In this document: piece by piece, positions 37,385-46,744 of the stretch
How the letters are laid out: each line of letters starts with the position of its first letter
How positions within the stretch are numbered: the first letter of the stretch is position 1
DNA from: an uncultured Acidobacteriota bacterium
GTDB taxonomy: Bacteria; Actinomycetota; Acidimicrobiia; Spongiisociales; ZC4RG35
Reading direction: 5' to 3'
NCBI GenBank assembly: GCA_963749415.1
Contig: CAVVMG010000001.1
Location: 1,806,765-1,870,764 of the forward strand
Length of the DNA: 64,000 bases
Position numbers and translations under genes: made by a program
The notes under the pieces: model-generated
Database searches by the model: none
Told to the model about the DNA's origin: nothing
Seen by the model: the letters and a program-made list of their open reading frames with translations, nothing else

Positions 37385-37420
37385 GACAGAGTTCGGGTTG
37401 CCCGGGCCGTATCAGGGCCT

Positions 37421-37439
37421 ATAATGAGAATCATTATCA
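37421..37439. promoter_or_regulatory. Fur-family (Zur/Fur) operator, ATAATGAGAATCATTATCA
   Basis: AT-rich near-perfect palindrome TAATGA-GAA-TCATTA, 17/18 identical to the classic Fur box GATAATGATAATCATTATC. It lies in the 68-bp divergent intergenic region between the permease and the Fur-family gene. Confidence 0.8.
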
Positions 37440-37452
37440 AACATCGTAGGCA

Positions 37453-37899
37453 ATGACGACAACCAGGTCAATCGAAGAGCGCAGAGTCGAGGAGTGGCTC
37501 GCCGAGCGCGGGGTTCGCTTCACCGGTGGACGCAGGATGGTGGTGCACGAGCTGCAACGAGCCGGAGGGCCGCGCTCGGCCGCCGAATTGCACCGGGACC
37601 TCGGGGGGACGGTCCCGGTCTCATCCGTGTACCGAACCCTGGCCGTGCTCGAGGAGGCGGGAGTCGTAGAGCCTCACCACAGCACGAAGGGCATAACCCG
37701 CTTCGAGATAGCCGAGTGGTTGGCCGGGCACCATCACCACTTGATCTGCTTGCAATGCGGCGCCGTGGAGGACTTCGAGCTCCCGGGCGGGCTCGAGGAG
37801 GAGCTGGAGAGCCTTGTCGGAAGAGTCTCCGAGCTGACGCGGTTCACGGCGAGCGGCCATTCTCTCGAGGTTGCGGGACGGTGTTCGAAGTGCCGGTGA
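37453..37899 (+). CDS. zur: Fur family transcriptional regulator (probably Zur)
   Basis: 148 aa. N-terminal wHTH, His-rich metal-sensing sites (HHST, GHHHH) and CxxC...CxxC structural zinc sites. Confidence 0.8.
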   Translation: MTTTRSIEERRVEEWLAERGVRFTGGRRMVVHELQRAGGPRSAAELHRDLGGTVPVSSVYRTLAVLEEAGVVEPHHSTKGITRFEIAEWLAGHHHHLICLQCGAVEDFELPGGLEEELESLVGRVSELTRFTASGHSLEVAGRCSKCR

Positions 37900-38684
37900 C
37901 CGCAGCCGTCATCGGGCAGGGCGTCGTCCTGGCCTACGGGTCGAGGGTTGCCCTCGATCGTTCCGATTTCATCATTCCCGCTGGCGGGATCACCGCGCTG
38001 ATCGGGCCCAACGGGTCCGGGAAGTCGACGCTGCTCAATGCGATCGCGGGCCTCGTCGAGCCTCAGTCCGGGCAGATCGAACGTCCCGGAGCGCGGGATG
38101 GCCGGCGATCGATCGCGTACGTGCTGCAGACCACCAGGGTCAACCCGGCGCTCCCCATCACAGTCCGCGAGGTGGTCACCATGGGCAGATTCGCCACTGC
38201 CGCGGGCGGTCGGCGACTTGGAGGCGATGATCGCGCCGCGGTCGTTGATGCGATGGCGCGCATGGGGGTTGCCGACCTGGCCGATCGCCACCTGGGGGAG
38301 TTGTCAGCGGGTCAGAGGCAGCGGGTGATCGTGGCCCAAGGGCTGGCCCAGGAGCACGACATCCTCCTCCTCGACGAACCGCTGACCGGCCTCGACCTGA
38401 CTTCTGCCCGGGCCATCGATGCCGTGATCCACGATGAGACCACCAGGGGCTGCACCATCATCATGACCACCCACGACCTGCCCGAGGCGCAGGTTGCAGG
38501 TCATGTCCTGCTCCTGTCGGGTCGAGTGATCGCCTCGGGGCCGCCGGAGGTGGTTCTCGCAGAGGAGAACCTGTCAGAGGCCTACGGGCCGAACCTGCTT
38601 CATGGCGAGGGAAGATGGTTCATCGACGACCCGGCACACCGGCCGGTGCCCGTCCGGCATGAGCATCGTGATCGATCGAGCTGA
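37881..38684 (+). CDS. znuC: Metal ABC transporter ATP-binding protein (ZnuC-like)
   Basis: Walker A GPNGSGKST, LSAGQRQR signature and Walker B LLLDEP. The start overlaps the zur stop. Confidence 0.85.
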   Translation: MFEVPVTAAVIGQGVVLAYGSRVALDRSDFIIPAGGITALIGPNGSGKSTLLNAIAGLVEPQSGQIERPGARDGRRSIAYVLQTTRVNPALPITVREVVTMGRFATAAGGRRLGGDDRAAVVDAMARMGVADLADRHLGELSAGQRQRVIVAQGLAQEHDILLLDEPLTGLDLTSARAIDAVIHDETTRGCTIIMTTHDLPEAQVAGHVLLLSGRVIASGPPEVVLAEENLSEAYGPNLLHGEGRWFIDDPAHRPVPVRHEHRDRSS

Positions 38685-38693
38685 GATCGGCGT

Positions 38694-38960
38694 TCAGTGC
38701 CCGCGGCGGGGGCCGCGCTCTTCGCGTGGCCTCGCCTCGTTCACCTTGAGTGCGCGACCGTTGTAGTCGCGCCCGTCGAGCTCGGAGATGGCCTTGGAGC
38801 CCTCTTCGTTCGGCATCTCGACGAAGCCGAATCCGCGCGAGCGACCGGTCTCCCGATCGTTGATGATGGCCGCCGACTCGACGGTCCCGAATTCCCCGAA
38901 AAGGCTCTCGAGGTCCTGTGCCGTTGCGGTGAACGGCAGGTTTCCGACATAGATGTTCAT
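38694..38960 (-). CDS. RNA-binding protein (single RRM domain)
   Basis: 88 aa. RNP2 IYVGNL and RNP1 RGFGFVEM motifs, with a Gly/Arg-rich tail. Confidence 0.85.
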   Translation of the reverse strand: MNIYVGNLPFTATAQDLESLFGEFGTVESAAIINDRETGRSRGFGFVEMPNEEGSKAISELDGRDYNGRALKVNEARPREERGPRRGH

Positions 38961-39109
38961 CTGTGACTGGTCCTTGTCCTACTTGCCCTTTCGAGCCCTA
39001 CGTCGCAATGTTCGGTACGACCCTTGTCCTCAGCCCAGTCATTCAGAACAGGTGAATCAGATCGAGTCGCCGCCGAGGCAGCAACAGGGCGGGGAGCATA
39101 ACAGGACGC

Positions 39110-39619
39110 TCAGTTCTCTGTCACCGAGACGCTGTTGATGACGACATCCTCTGTCGGACGGTCCCGCCGATCCGTGTCGGCCCCGGCGATCGAGTCCACT
39201 ACTTCCATCCCCGAAGTGACCTTTCCGAAGATCGTGTAGGAGTGGGGGAGCCTCGCATCGCGATGGCAAATGAAGAACTGTGAGCCGTTGGTGTTGGGCC
39301 CGGCGTTGGCCATGGCGACGGTGCCGCGGCTGTAGTCACCTGTCCCCTCCAACTCGTCGCGGAACTTGTAACCGGGTCCCCCACTTCCGGTTCCGGTTGG
39401 ATCGCCGCCCTGGATCATGAAGTCCTCGATGACCCGGTGGAAGACCACCCCGTCGTAGTAGCCCTCGCGGCTGAGGAACACGAAGTTGTTCACTGCGATC
39501 GGGGACCGAACGGCGTCGAATTCGATCTCGATCACACCATGGTTGGTGTCGAGGCTGGCGGAATAGGACTTGTCGAGGTCGATGATCAGGTCGGGCGCGG
39601 CCGGGTACTGGTTGGCCAT
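39110..39619 (-). CDS. ppiA: Cyclophilin-type peptidyl-prolyl cis-trans isomerase
   Basis: 169 aa. Conserved cyclophilin blocks (FHRVIEDFMIQGGDP...GSQFFI). Confidence 0.9.
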   Translation of the reverse strand: MANQYPAAPDLIIDLDKSYSASLDTNHGVIEIEFDAVRSPIAVNNFVFLSREGYYDGVVFHRVIEDFMIQGGDPTGTGSGGPGYKFRDELEGTGDYSRGTVAMANAGPNTNGSQFFICHRDARLPHSYTIFGKVTSGMEVVDSIAGADTDRRDRPTEDVVINSVSVTEN

Positions 39620-39647
39620 GGGAGTTCTCCTGTCGCTCGGGTCGTGT

Positions 39648-40229
39648 TCAGCGGATGAAGTAGGCGGGAGTGTTGCCGCTCTTCCATTTGACGGAACAAC
39701 CCATCGAAGGCCTCTGGTCCTCGTTCACCGGGCGATCGCTGAGGACCGCATCGATGGCCGCCCGGAGGTCGCTCCCGGTCACCGGAAGCCCATTGCTCGG
39801 TCTCGAGTCGTCGAGCTGGCCCCGATAGACCAGTTTTCGGTCCGGCCCGAACAGGAAGAAGTCGGGCGTGCACATCGCGGTGAAGGCTGCAGCGACCTCC
39901 TGGGTCTCGTCGAAGAGGAAGGGGAACAAGTATCCCTGGGTCTCCGCCTCCTTGGCCAGGTTCTCCGGTGAGTCGTCGGGGTAGGTCTCCGGGTCGTTGG
40001 CAGAGATGGCGACAATGCCGAGCCCTGACCCTTCGTAGTCGCGACCCAACCGGGCCAGCTCCCCGCGCACGTGTTGGACGTACGGGCAGTGAGTGCAGAT
40101 GAACATCACGAGCAGCGCCTGCTTGTCGTCGAAATCGGTCAACGAGACCATGTGCCCGGAAACGGTGTCCGGCAGCTTGAAATCGGGGGCCTCGGTGCCC
40201 AGGGCGAGCATCGTCGAACTGACGGCCAT
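39648..40229 (-). CDS. Thioredoxin-fold thiol-disulfide oxidoreductase (AhpC/TSA/redoxin family)
   Basis: CxxC-like active site (FICTHCPYV). ATG with a GGAGGA RBS. Confidence 0.7.
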   Translation of the reverse strand: MAVSSTMLALGTEAPDFKLPDTVSGHMVSLTDFDDKQALLVMFICTHCPYVQHVRGELARLGRDYEGSGLGIVAISANDPETYPDDSPENLAKEAETQGYLFPFLFDETQEVAAAFTAMCTPDFFLFGPDRKLVYRGQLDDSRPSNGLPVTGSDLRAAIDAVLSDRPVNEDQRPSMGCSVKWKSGNTPAYFIR

Positions 40230-40261
40230 TGGTCCTCCATTTGGCGTTTGCTGCACCGAGT

Positions 40262-41746
40262 CTACGGCCCGGCGAAACGTGTGATCAGCGGGGCGAATGC
40301 CTCGACGCTTCCGGGTCGGGACACGTCCGGAATGGAGACGATGGTGTGGGTGGCACCAGCTTCGCGGTAGGCAACGACCAAGTGGCCGAGGTCGTCGATC
40401 GTTCCCGCGTTCGCTCTGGCGCGGAAGTCTTCGGCGGTCTGGTCCCGGGAGCGAGCCGCCTCGACCCTGTCGACGAGCTCGCTCCGATCGTTGGCGGCCA
40501 TCGCCGTGATCAGGTGAGTCACCTCGACCTCCTCGGGGTCGCGGCCTTCGTCAACGCAATGCTGATGGAGAACCTCCACTTTGTGGGCCACCCGATCGGG
40601 CTTGCCGAACAAGTTGCAGGCATCGCCATGCCTGGCGACGAGCCGCAACGTCCGGCGCTCGCCGGAGCCACCAATCGTGATCGGGATCCTGTCCTGGATC
40701 GGTCTCGGGTAGCACAAGAGCTCCGGCGCGGAATAGACCCGCCCCTCGAACGACGGTGACCCCTTTCCCCAGAGCAGGGGGAGCATCTCGAGGGTGTCCT
40801 CCAACAGCCGATACCTCTCGGTGACGGTCGGGAATTCCCAGCCGTACGCCTCGTGCTCCTCGACATTCCATCCCAGCCCCAGGCCACAATTGGCGCGGCC
40901 CCCAGACAGGACATCGAGGGTGGCGACCACCTTTCCGAGGTGCGCGGGGTTGCGATATGTGACCCCGGTGACCAGGGCGCCGAGCCGGATCCGGGTAGTG
41001 ACGCCCGCCAGGTAGCCAAGAGCGGTGTAACTCTCGGGTAGGTCTTCCCAGGTCCGACCGATGTTGGGGATCTGGCGGAAGTGGTCCATCACCCAGAGGT
41101 CGCGAAAGCCTGCTTCCTCGGCGGCGGCCGCAATCCGCGCGAGGTTGGCAGCCATGGCCTCCGCTCCGCCTTCCCAGTCGAAGCGAGACACCGTCAACCC
41201 GAAGGTGTGCCCGGCCCCCGGGCTCTGGGCCGGCTGTCTGGTCGCAGCATTGGCGATGGACGGAGGGACCACTGCCACGGGTTGCTCCGAGACAACCCGG
41301 TCGAAACCGTCTTCGGCCAACTCGCCCCGGACCGCCTTGAAGCGGGTGAACTGCTTTCGAATCACCGCTTTTGGCACCGGCTTGCCCCGACCGGTGTTCC
41401 TGCGTTCGCATTCCTCGATCGGCACATCGAAAGTCACTGCAAAGGCAGGGATCCCCGCCTCGTGGGCCGCGCCGATCCAGGCCACGCGTCGTTCACGATC
41501 GAACCCCAGGGTGTCCACCACCGTGGTCAGACCGCGGCTGAGTCGCTCCTCTACCACGCGTTCCAGGATCTCGAATGCAGCAGTCCCGGCGCGCCGGTCG
41601 TCTTCGCCGGCGCCGACCATGGCGCGCAAGCGATCCGAGGAGACGATCTCCTCCTCGCGGAAGTGCTCGCCGGCCCACGTGGTCTTCCCCGATCCGGACG
41701 GGCCTACCAGTACCAGCAACGATGGTGCGGGGAGTCGAAGCTCCAT
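40262..41746 (-). CDS. Fusion protein: N-terminal P-loop kinase (AAA_33/zeta-toxin-like) plus C-terminal LLM-class F420-dependent oxidoreductase
   Basis: Residues 1-170 have Walker A VLVGPSGSGKTTWA and a kinase-like fold. Residues 180-494 form a luciferase-like TIM barrel (DLWVMDHF...GLGLGW). Confidence 0.7.
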   Translation of the reverse strand: MELRLPAPSLLVLVGPSGSGKTTWAGEHFREEEIVSSDRLRAMVGAGEDDRRAGTAAFEILERVVEERLSRGLTTVVDTLGFDRERRVAWIGAAHEAGIPAFAVTFDVPIEECERRNTGRGKPVPKAVIRKQFTRFKAVRGELAEDGFDRVVSEQPVAVVPPSIANAATRQPAQSPGAGHTFGLTVSRFDWEGGAEAMAANLARIAAAAEEAGFRDLWVMDHFRQIPNIGRTWEDLPESYTALGYLAGVTTRIRLGALVTGVTYRNPAHLGKVVATLDVLSGGRANCGLGLGWNVEEHEAYGWEFPTVTERYRLLEDTLEMLPLLWGKGSPSFEGRVYSAPELLCYPRPIQDRIPITIGGSGERRTLRLVARHGDACNLFGKPDRVAHKVEVLHQHCVDEGRDPEEVEVTHLITAMAANDRSELVDRVEAARSRDQTAEDFRARANAGTIDDLGHLVVAYREAGATHTIVSIPDVSRPGSVEAFAPLITRFAGP

Positions 41747-41778
41747 CAGGCGGTTCTAGTCGCTCGATCGGTAACCTG

Positions 41779-42678
41779 ATGCCAGTGAGCCTCTCCGCTT
41801 CTGCTCCATTCGGCCATGTCGCCACCGCAATGATCACCCCGTTCACGGGGAGTGGTGAGGTCGATCATGAGAAGGCGTGGCGGTTGGCCAGGTACCTGGC
41901 GGAGCAGGGGTCGGACACTCTGGTGGTCACCGGCACGACCGGTGAGTCCCCGACCCTGAGCGCGGCGGAGAAACTGGCGCTCTACAAGACAGTGGTGGAT
42001 GCAGTCACCGGCAAGGAGACGATGGTTGTTGCCGGCACCGGCACCTACAACACCGCCGAGTCTGTGGAGTTGACCGTGAAGGCGGCGGAGATCGGATGCC
42101 ACGGCGTGCTCGCGGTGACCCCGTACTACAACAAGCCGGGCCAATCCGGGTTGATCGCTCACTTCGAGGCGATCGCCGATGTCGGTCTCCCGGTTCTGCT
42201 CTACAACATCCCGAGTCGAACCGGCCGTCGGATCGAGATAGACACCCTGGCCCGGCTCAACCAGCACCAGAACATCGTGGGGGTGAAAGATGCCGTGATG
42301 GACGTCGACTTCACCAGCCAGACCGTGAATCGGGTCCCCTCCCTACCCGTGTACAGCGGCCAGGACTCCCACACATGGCCGATGATCGCCGTGGGTGCAG
42401 TTGGTGTGGTGTCCGTTGTCAGCCACCTCGCCGGGCGCAGGGTGTCAGCAATGGTCAGCGCCGCCCTTGCGGGTGATATGGATGAGGCGAGGCAGATCCA
42501 TCACGAGCTGCTGCCCCTGTGCGAAGCGTGTTTCCTCGAGACCAACCCTGCCCCGGTCAAGGGAGCCATGAGCAGGCTCTGGGAGCCGGTGGGCGGAGTG
42601 CGGCTCCCACTAATGGACGCCTCCGAAGAGACGCTGATAGCCATCGAGAAGGCGGTCGGGGCGCTGCAGGGCTTGTGA
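41779..42678 (+). CDS. dapA: 4-hydroxy-tetrahydrodipicolinate synthase
   Basis: Conserved DapA blocks (TAMITPF, GTTGES, catalytic Lys region YNIPSRTG). Confidence 0.9.
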   Translation: MPVSLSASAPFGHVATAMITPFTGSGEVDHEKAWRLARYLAEQGSDTLVVTGTTGESPTLSAAEKLALYKTVVDAVTGKETMVVAGTGTYNTAESVELTVKAAEIGCHGVLAVTPYYNKPGQSGLIAHFEAIADVGLPVLLYNIPSRTGRRIEIDTLARLNQHQNIVGVKDAVMDVDFTSQTVNRVPSLPVYSGQDSHTWPMIAVGAVGVVSVVSHLAGRRVSAMVSAALAGDMDEARQIHHELLPLCEACFLETNPAPVKGAMSRLWEPVGGVRLPLMDASEETLIAIEKAVGALQGL

Positions 42679-44309
42679 GCATCTCGGTCACATTCATGGG
42701 GGGCCTCGGCGAGATCGGGCGCAACTGCGCAGCCGTCGAGATCGAGGGCCGCATCGCTCTCATCGATTGCGGGCTGATGTTCCCCGAGGAGGACATGCTC
42801 GGTGTCGACCTCGTCTTCCCGGACTGGTCGTGGCTGGTGGACCGGTCGGCAGATGTCGAATGCGTGATCATCACCCACGGCCACGAGGACCACACCGGGG
42901 CTCTTGCCTACTTCCTGAAAGCGATCCCGGTGCCGGTCTACGGGACCCGGCTCAGCCTCGAACTGGCTCGGGGAAGGATCGATGAGTTGGGCGTGGAGGC
43001 CGACCTCCGGATCATCGGCTTCAAGGATTGGGTCGACCACGGCCCGTTCCGCTTCCAGCTGATCCCGGTCAGCCACTCCGTGCCCGAGGCGGCTGCTGTC
43101 GCCCTCGACACCCCTGAGGGCATCGTGGTTCACTCAGGGGACTTCAAGCTCGACCCGACGCCGATCGACCAGGTTCCCACCGACCTCCCTGCCTTCGCCA
43201 CGCTGGGCCGTCGAGGGGTTCGACTCCTGCTTGCCGACTCCACCAACGCGGAGAGGCCTGGCTTCGAACCCTCGGAGAGCTCTGTGGGACGCCCCATCGC
43301 CGACATCGTGCGTGACGCTCCAGGCCGGGTCCTGGCTGCGTGTTTCTCGTCCCATATCCACCGCGTCCAGCAGATCGTCGACGCCGGCATCGCTTCCGGG
43401 CGGAAGATCGCCTTCTTCGGTCGATCGATGCACCGCAACACCACGCTGGCCAAGGAGCTCGGGCTGCTCGAGGTCCCCGAGAAATCACTCGTGGACATCA
43501 CCGAGCTGGAGGGGCTGCCCCCTCACCAGCAGATGATGATCACCACCGGGAGCCAGGGTGAGCCCTTTGCCGCGCTCTCCCTGATGTCCCAGGGCCGCCA
43601 TCGCTTCGTCGAGCTCGCCGCAGATGACACGGTGCTGATCTCGGCCAAGCCGATTCCCGGCAACGAGACCGCGGTCTCGAAGGTGATCTCGAATTTGATC
43701 CGTCGCGGGGCGCGGGTGGTCCACGGCCAGAACGCCGACGTGCACGTTTCCGGACACGCCAACCGTGAAGAGTTGCTCACCTTCATCAACCTGCTCCGAC
43801 CCCGGGCTTTCGTCCCGGTTCATGGCGAATACCGCCATCTCCATGCTCATGCCGAGTTGGCGCGGACCATGGGAGTGCGCCATGTCGACGTGCTCGAGGA
43901 TGGTGACCGGGTGATCCTGAGTGGGAAGAAGACGATGGTGGAGCGCCGCGCGGTGCCCGCCGGCTACGTCTACCTCGACGGATCGGCGGTGGGCGACGTC
44001 CAATCTGCCGTGCTCCGCGACCGATCCCACCTCGCCGACGAGGGAGTGGTGGTGGTCACGGTCGGGATCGACCACGACACCGGGGAGGTTCTCTACGGCC
44101 CCGACCTGGACAGCCACGGTTTGATGGACGACCCGACGGCGGTGCTGGAGAAGGCCGCCGAGGCAGTCCGACAGGCAATCGAGGAGCACCCTTCGGGCCG
44201 GAGTGACATTGGGGACCTGCAGAAGACCGTGCGATCGGCGGCAGGAAAGGTGATCAGGGCAGAGACCGCCCGCAAGCCGGTGATCGTGCCTGTTGTGATG
44301 GAGCTCTGA
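42675..44309 (+). CDS. rnj: Ribonuclease J
   Basis: Metallo-beta-lactamase HGHEDH motif, beta-CASP and RNase J C-terminal domain. The GTG start overlaps the dapA stop (GTGA). The dapA-rnj arrangement is conserved in Actinobacteria. Confidence 0.9.
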   Translation: MSISVTFMGGLGEIGRNCAAVEIEGRIALIDCGLMFPEEDMLGVDLVFPDWSWLVDRSADVECVIITHGHEDHTGALAYFLKAIPVPVYGTRLSLELARGRIDELGVEADLRIIGFKDWVDHGPFRFQLIPVSHSVPEAAAVALDTPEGIVVHSGDFKLDPTPIDQVPTDLPAFATLGRRGVRLLLADSTNAERPGFEPSESSVGRPIADIVRDAPGRVLAACFSSHIHRVQQIVDAGIASGRKIAFFGRSMHRNTTLAKELGLLEVPEKSLVDITELEGLPPHQQMMITTGSQGEPFAALSLMSQGRHRFVELAADDTVLISAKPIPGNETAVSKVISNLIRRGARVVHGQNADVHVSGHANREELLTFINLLRPRAFVPVHGEYRHLHAHAELARTMGVRHVDVLEDGDRVILSGKKTMVERRAVPAGYVYLDGSAVGDVQSAVLRDRSHLADEGVVVVTVGIDHDTGEVLYGPDLDSHGLMDDPTAVLEKAAEAVRQAIEEHPSGRSDIGDLQKTVRSAAGKVIRAETARKPVIVPVVMEL

Positions 44310-44389
44310 GCCCCGGGCGCAAGCCGGCGCCAGCGATCAACATCAGCATTCCACGAGCAATCTCAACTCGCATGTAGTGTTTCATCCAC

Positions 44390-46663
44390 ATGCCAACGCG
44401 GACACCCACCCGGAAGGGTTCCTCCGGGCGGAGACGGGTGTCCTCAGCCAAGAAATCCAAGCCGCAGAAGGGGACGTTTCGCCAGAAGCTGGTGGCGACT
44501 CGTCAGTACGTGCGGACCACCCTCGGTCGCCAGACCGACGACGTCTGGGGCCTTTTCCTGATCGTGATCGCGATCCTGGTCGTCCTTGCTTTCGTGGACC
44601 TGGCCGGGCCCTTCGGGGAAGGAATCGAAACCGCGAGCCTCCTCCTCTTCGGGGTGTGGCGATACGCGGTGCCCCTGGCCCTCATCGGGATCGGGGTCGC
44701 CCTGATCATCGGCAAACCGCGAGATGGTGCCCGTCGCCTCGTCGCCGGGAGTATCGCCGCCTTTATCGGCTCGCTGGCGCTGTTCCACCTGCTCACCGGG
44801 GCGGTGGCATTGATGCCCAACATCGAACTGGTCAAGGAGCGGGGTGGGGCTGTGGGCTCACTGCTCGCCTTCCCCCTGCGCCGGGTCCTCGGCCACTGGG
44901 GAGCGTTCGTGGTCCTGGTCTCGATCATGGCGATGGGGGTCCTGATCGCCACCCACACCAGCGTCCGCGACCTGGTCCTCGGCGTCACCGACGCCCTGCG
45001 GTCGTTCCGTCGCCTGGCGAAGTCTATGGCCGTCATCCCCGCCAAGCCGAAGGCGGCCCATGTGGCCAGTGGCCCGATGACGGTCGAAGGCCCGAATCGG
45101 GGACGTCACGAGCGACCCAAGCCCGCACGGCCCAAGCCAGAGAAACCACCCACCCCCGAGCCCCGGCCGATCCAGAAACCGGCCGTAGTGGACCTCACCA
45201 GCCCTGGCTACCGCCTCCCTCCCTTGAGCCTGCTCGACGCCGGCACCGGCGGCGAGGTGAATCGACGTTCCTTGGAGGACACGGCCCGCCAGCTCGAGGC
45301 AACGCTGACCCAACATGGGGTCGACGCCGCATTGACCAAGATCGTGCCCGGCCCAACGGTGACCCGATACGAGGTGGAGCTCGCCCCTGGGGTCAAGGTG
45401 AACCGCGTCTCCAGCCTGTCCCACGACATCGCCTACGCCCTAGCCACCCCCGACGTCCGGATCCTGGTGCCGATCCCCGGTAAGTCGGCCATCGGGGTCG
45501 AGGTCCCGAACAACAAGCGGCGCCTGGTCTCGCTAGGTGACATCATTTCCAGCCCGGAGGCCGCGATCCCGGCCCACGCCCTGACGGTGGGGTTGGGCAT
45601 GGACATCTCGGGGGATCCCAAGCTGCTCAACCTGGCAGAGTTGCCGCACGTCCTCATCGCCGGTGCCACCGGGGCCGGGAAGTCGTCGTGCATCAACTCG
45701 ATCGTGACCTCGCTGTTGATGCGGACCCACCCCGATGACGTTCGCCTGATCATGGTCGACCCGAAACGGGTGGAACTGACCCAGTACAACGGGGTCCCTC
45801 ATTTGCTCACCCGGGTGATCACCAATCCCAAGAAGGCCAACGACGCACTGAAGTGGGCGGTCGCCGAGATGGACCGACGTTACGACCTCCTCGCCGATGC
45901 CAAGGTCCGCGACATCGAGGGATACCGGGAGAAGCTCGCCTCCGGAGGGCTCGACCCCGAGGGATTCGATCGCTTCCCCTACATCGTGGTCCTGATCGAT
46001 GAGCTCAACGACCTGATGATGGTTGCCGGGCGGGAGGTGGAGGAGTCGATAGTCCGCATCGCCCAGATGGCACGCGCTGTGGGCATCCACCTCGTGATCG
46101 CCACGCAGAGGCCGTCGGTCGACGTGATCACCGGCGTGATCAAGGCCAACATCCCGAGCCGCCTCGCCTTCAGTGTCGCGTCACAAACCGACAGCAGGGT
46201 GATCCTCGACGGGTCGGGCGCCGAAAAGCTCGTCGGGATGGGCGACATGCTGGTAGTCACTGCCAAGGAGCCCCGCGCCCAGCGGATTCAGGGTGCCTGG
46301 GTCCGGGAGAGCGAGATCCAGGCCGTCGTGGAATGGGTGCGCAAGCAGCAAGAGGCCGTCTACAAGGACCAGGAGGTCCTGGAAGTGGCCGCCGCCTCGG
46401 CCGCGGCTCAGGCCGAGGAGGAGGACGACGAAGACTCCGCCCTGGCCCGGGAGGCGATGCAGATGGTGGTGCGGAGCCAGTTGGGCTCGACATCGATGTT
46501 GCAGCGCAAGCTCCGGATCGGGTTTGCCCGCGCCGGTCGGGTGATGGACATGCTGGAGCGAAAAGGCGTCGTCGGGCCTTCGCAGGGAAGCAAGGCCCGT
46601 GAGGTGCTGATGACGGTCGAGGAGATGGAAGAGATGCTCGCCCGGGAGCAGGTCGAGGTCTGA
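44390..46663 (+). CDS. ftsK: DNA translocase FtsK
   Basis: N-terminal TM segments, a Pro-rich linker, a RecA-like motor (GATGAGKS) and a C-terminal gamma wHTH domain. Confidence 0.9.
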   Translation: MPTRTPTRKGSSGRRRVSSAKKSKPQKGTFRQKLVATRQYVRTTLGRQTDDVWGLFLIVIAILVVLAFVDLAGPFGEGIETASLLLFGVWRYAVPLALIGIGVALIIGKPRDGARRLVAGSIAAFIGSLALFHLLTGAVALMPNIELVKERGGAVGSLLAFPLRRVLGHWGAFVVLVSIMAMGVLIATHTSVRDLVLGVTDALRSFRRLAKSMAVIPAKPKAAHVASGPMTVEGPNRGRHERPKPARPKPEKPPTPEPRPIQKPAVVDLTSPGYRLPPLSLLDAGTGGEVNRRSLEDTARQLEATLTQHGVDAALTKIVPGPTVTRYEVELAPGVKVNRVSSLSHDIAYALATPDVRILVPIPGKSAIGVEVPNNKRRLVSLGDIISSPEAAIPAHALTVGLGMDISGDPKLLNLAELPHVLIAGATGAGKSSCINSIVTSLLMRTHPDDVRLIMVDPKRVELTQYNGVPHLLTRVITNPKKANDALKWAVAEMDRRYDLLADAKVRDIEGYREKLASGGLDPEGFDRFPYIVVLIDELNDLMMVAGREVEESIVRIAQMARAVGIHLVIATQRPSVDVITGVIKANIPSRLAFSVASQTDSRVILDGSGAEKLVGMGDMLVVTAKEPRAQRIQGAWVRESEIQAVVEWVRKQQEAVYKDQEVLEVAAASAAAQAEEEDDEDSALAREAMQMVVRSQLGSTSMLQRKLRIGFARAGRVMDMLERKGVVGPSQGSKAREVLMTVEEMEEMLAREQVEV

Positions 46664-46744
46664 GCGCCTAGGCGAAGATGGGGCCAACTGGGGACCTGTG
46701 GTAGGTTTGGCCAGGTCCCACGAAGAGAGGTTGGACCACAGCCC

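Noticed and set aside
38961-39109. 150-bp region upstream of the RRM-protein gene, considered as a possible structured 5-prime UTR or terminator
   Set aside because: Only an imperfect stem (ccgcc...ggcgg) with a 13-nt loop. This is insufficient to call a feature.
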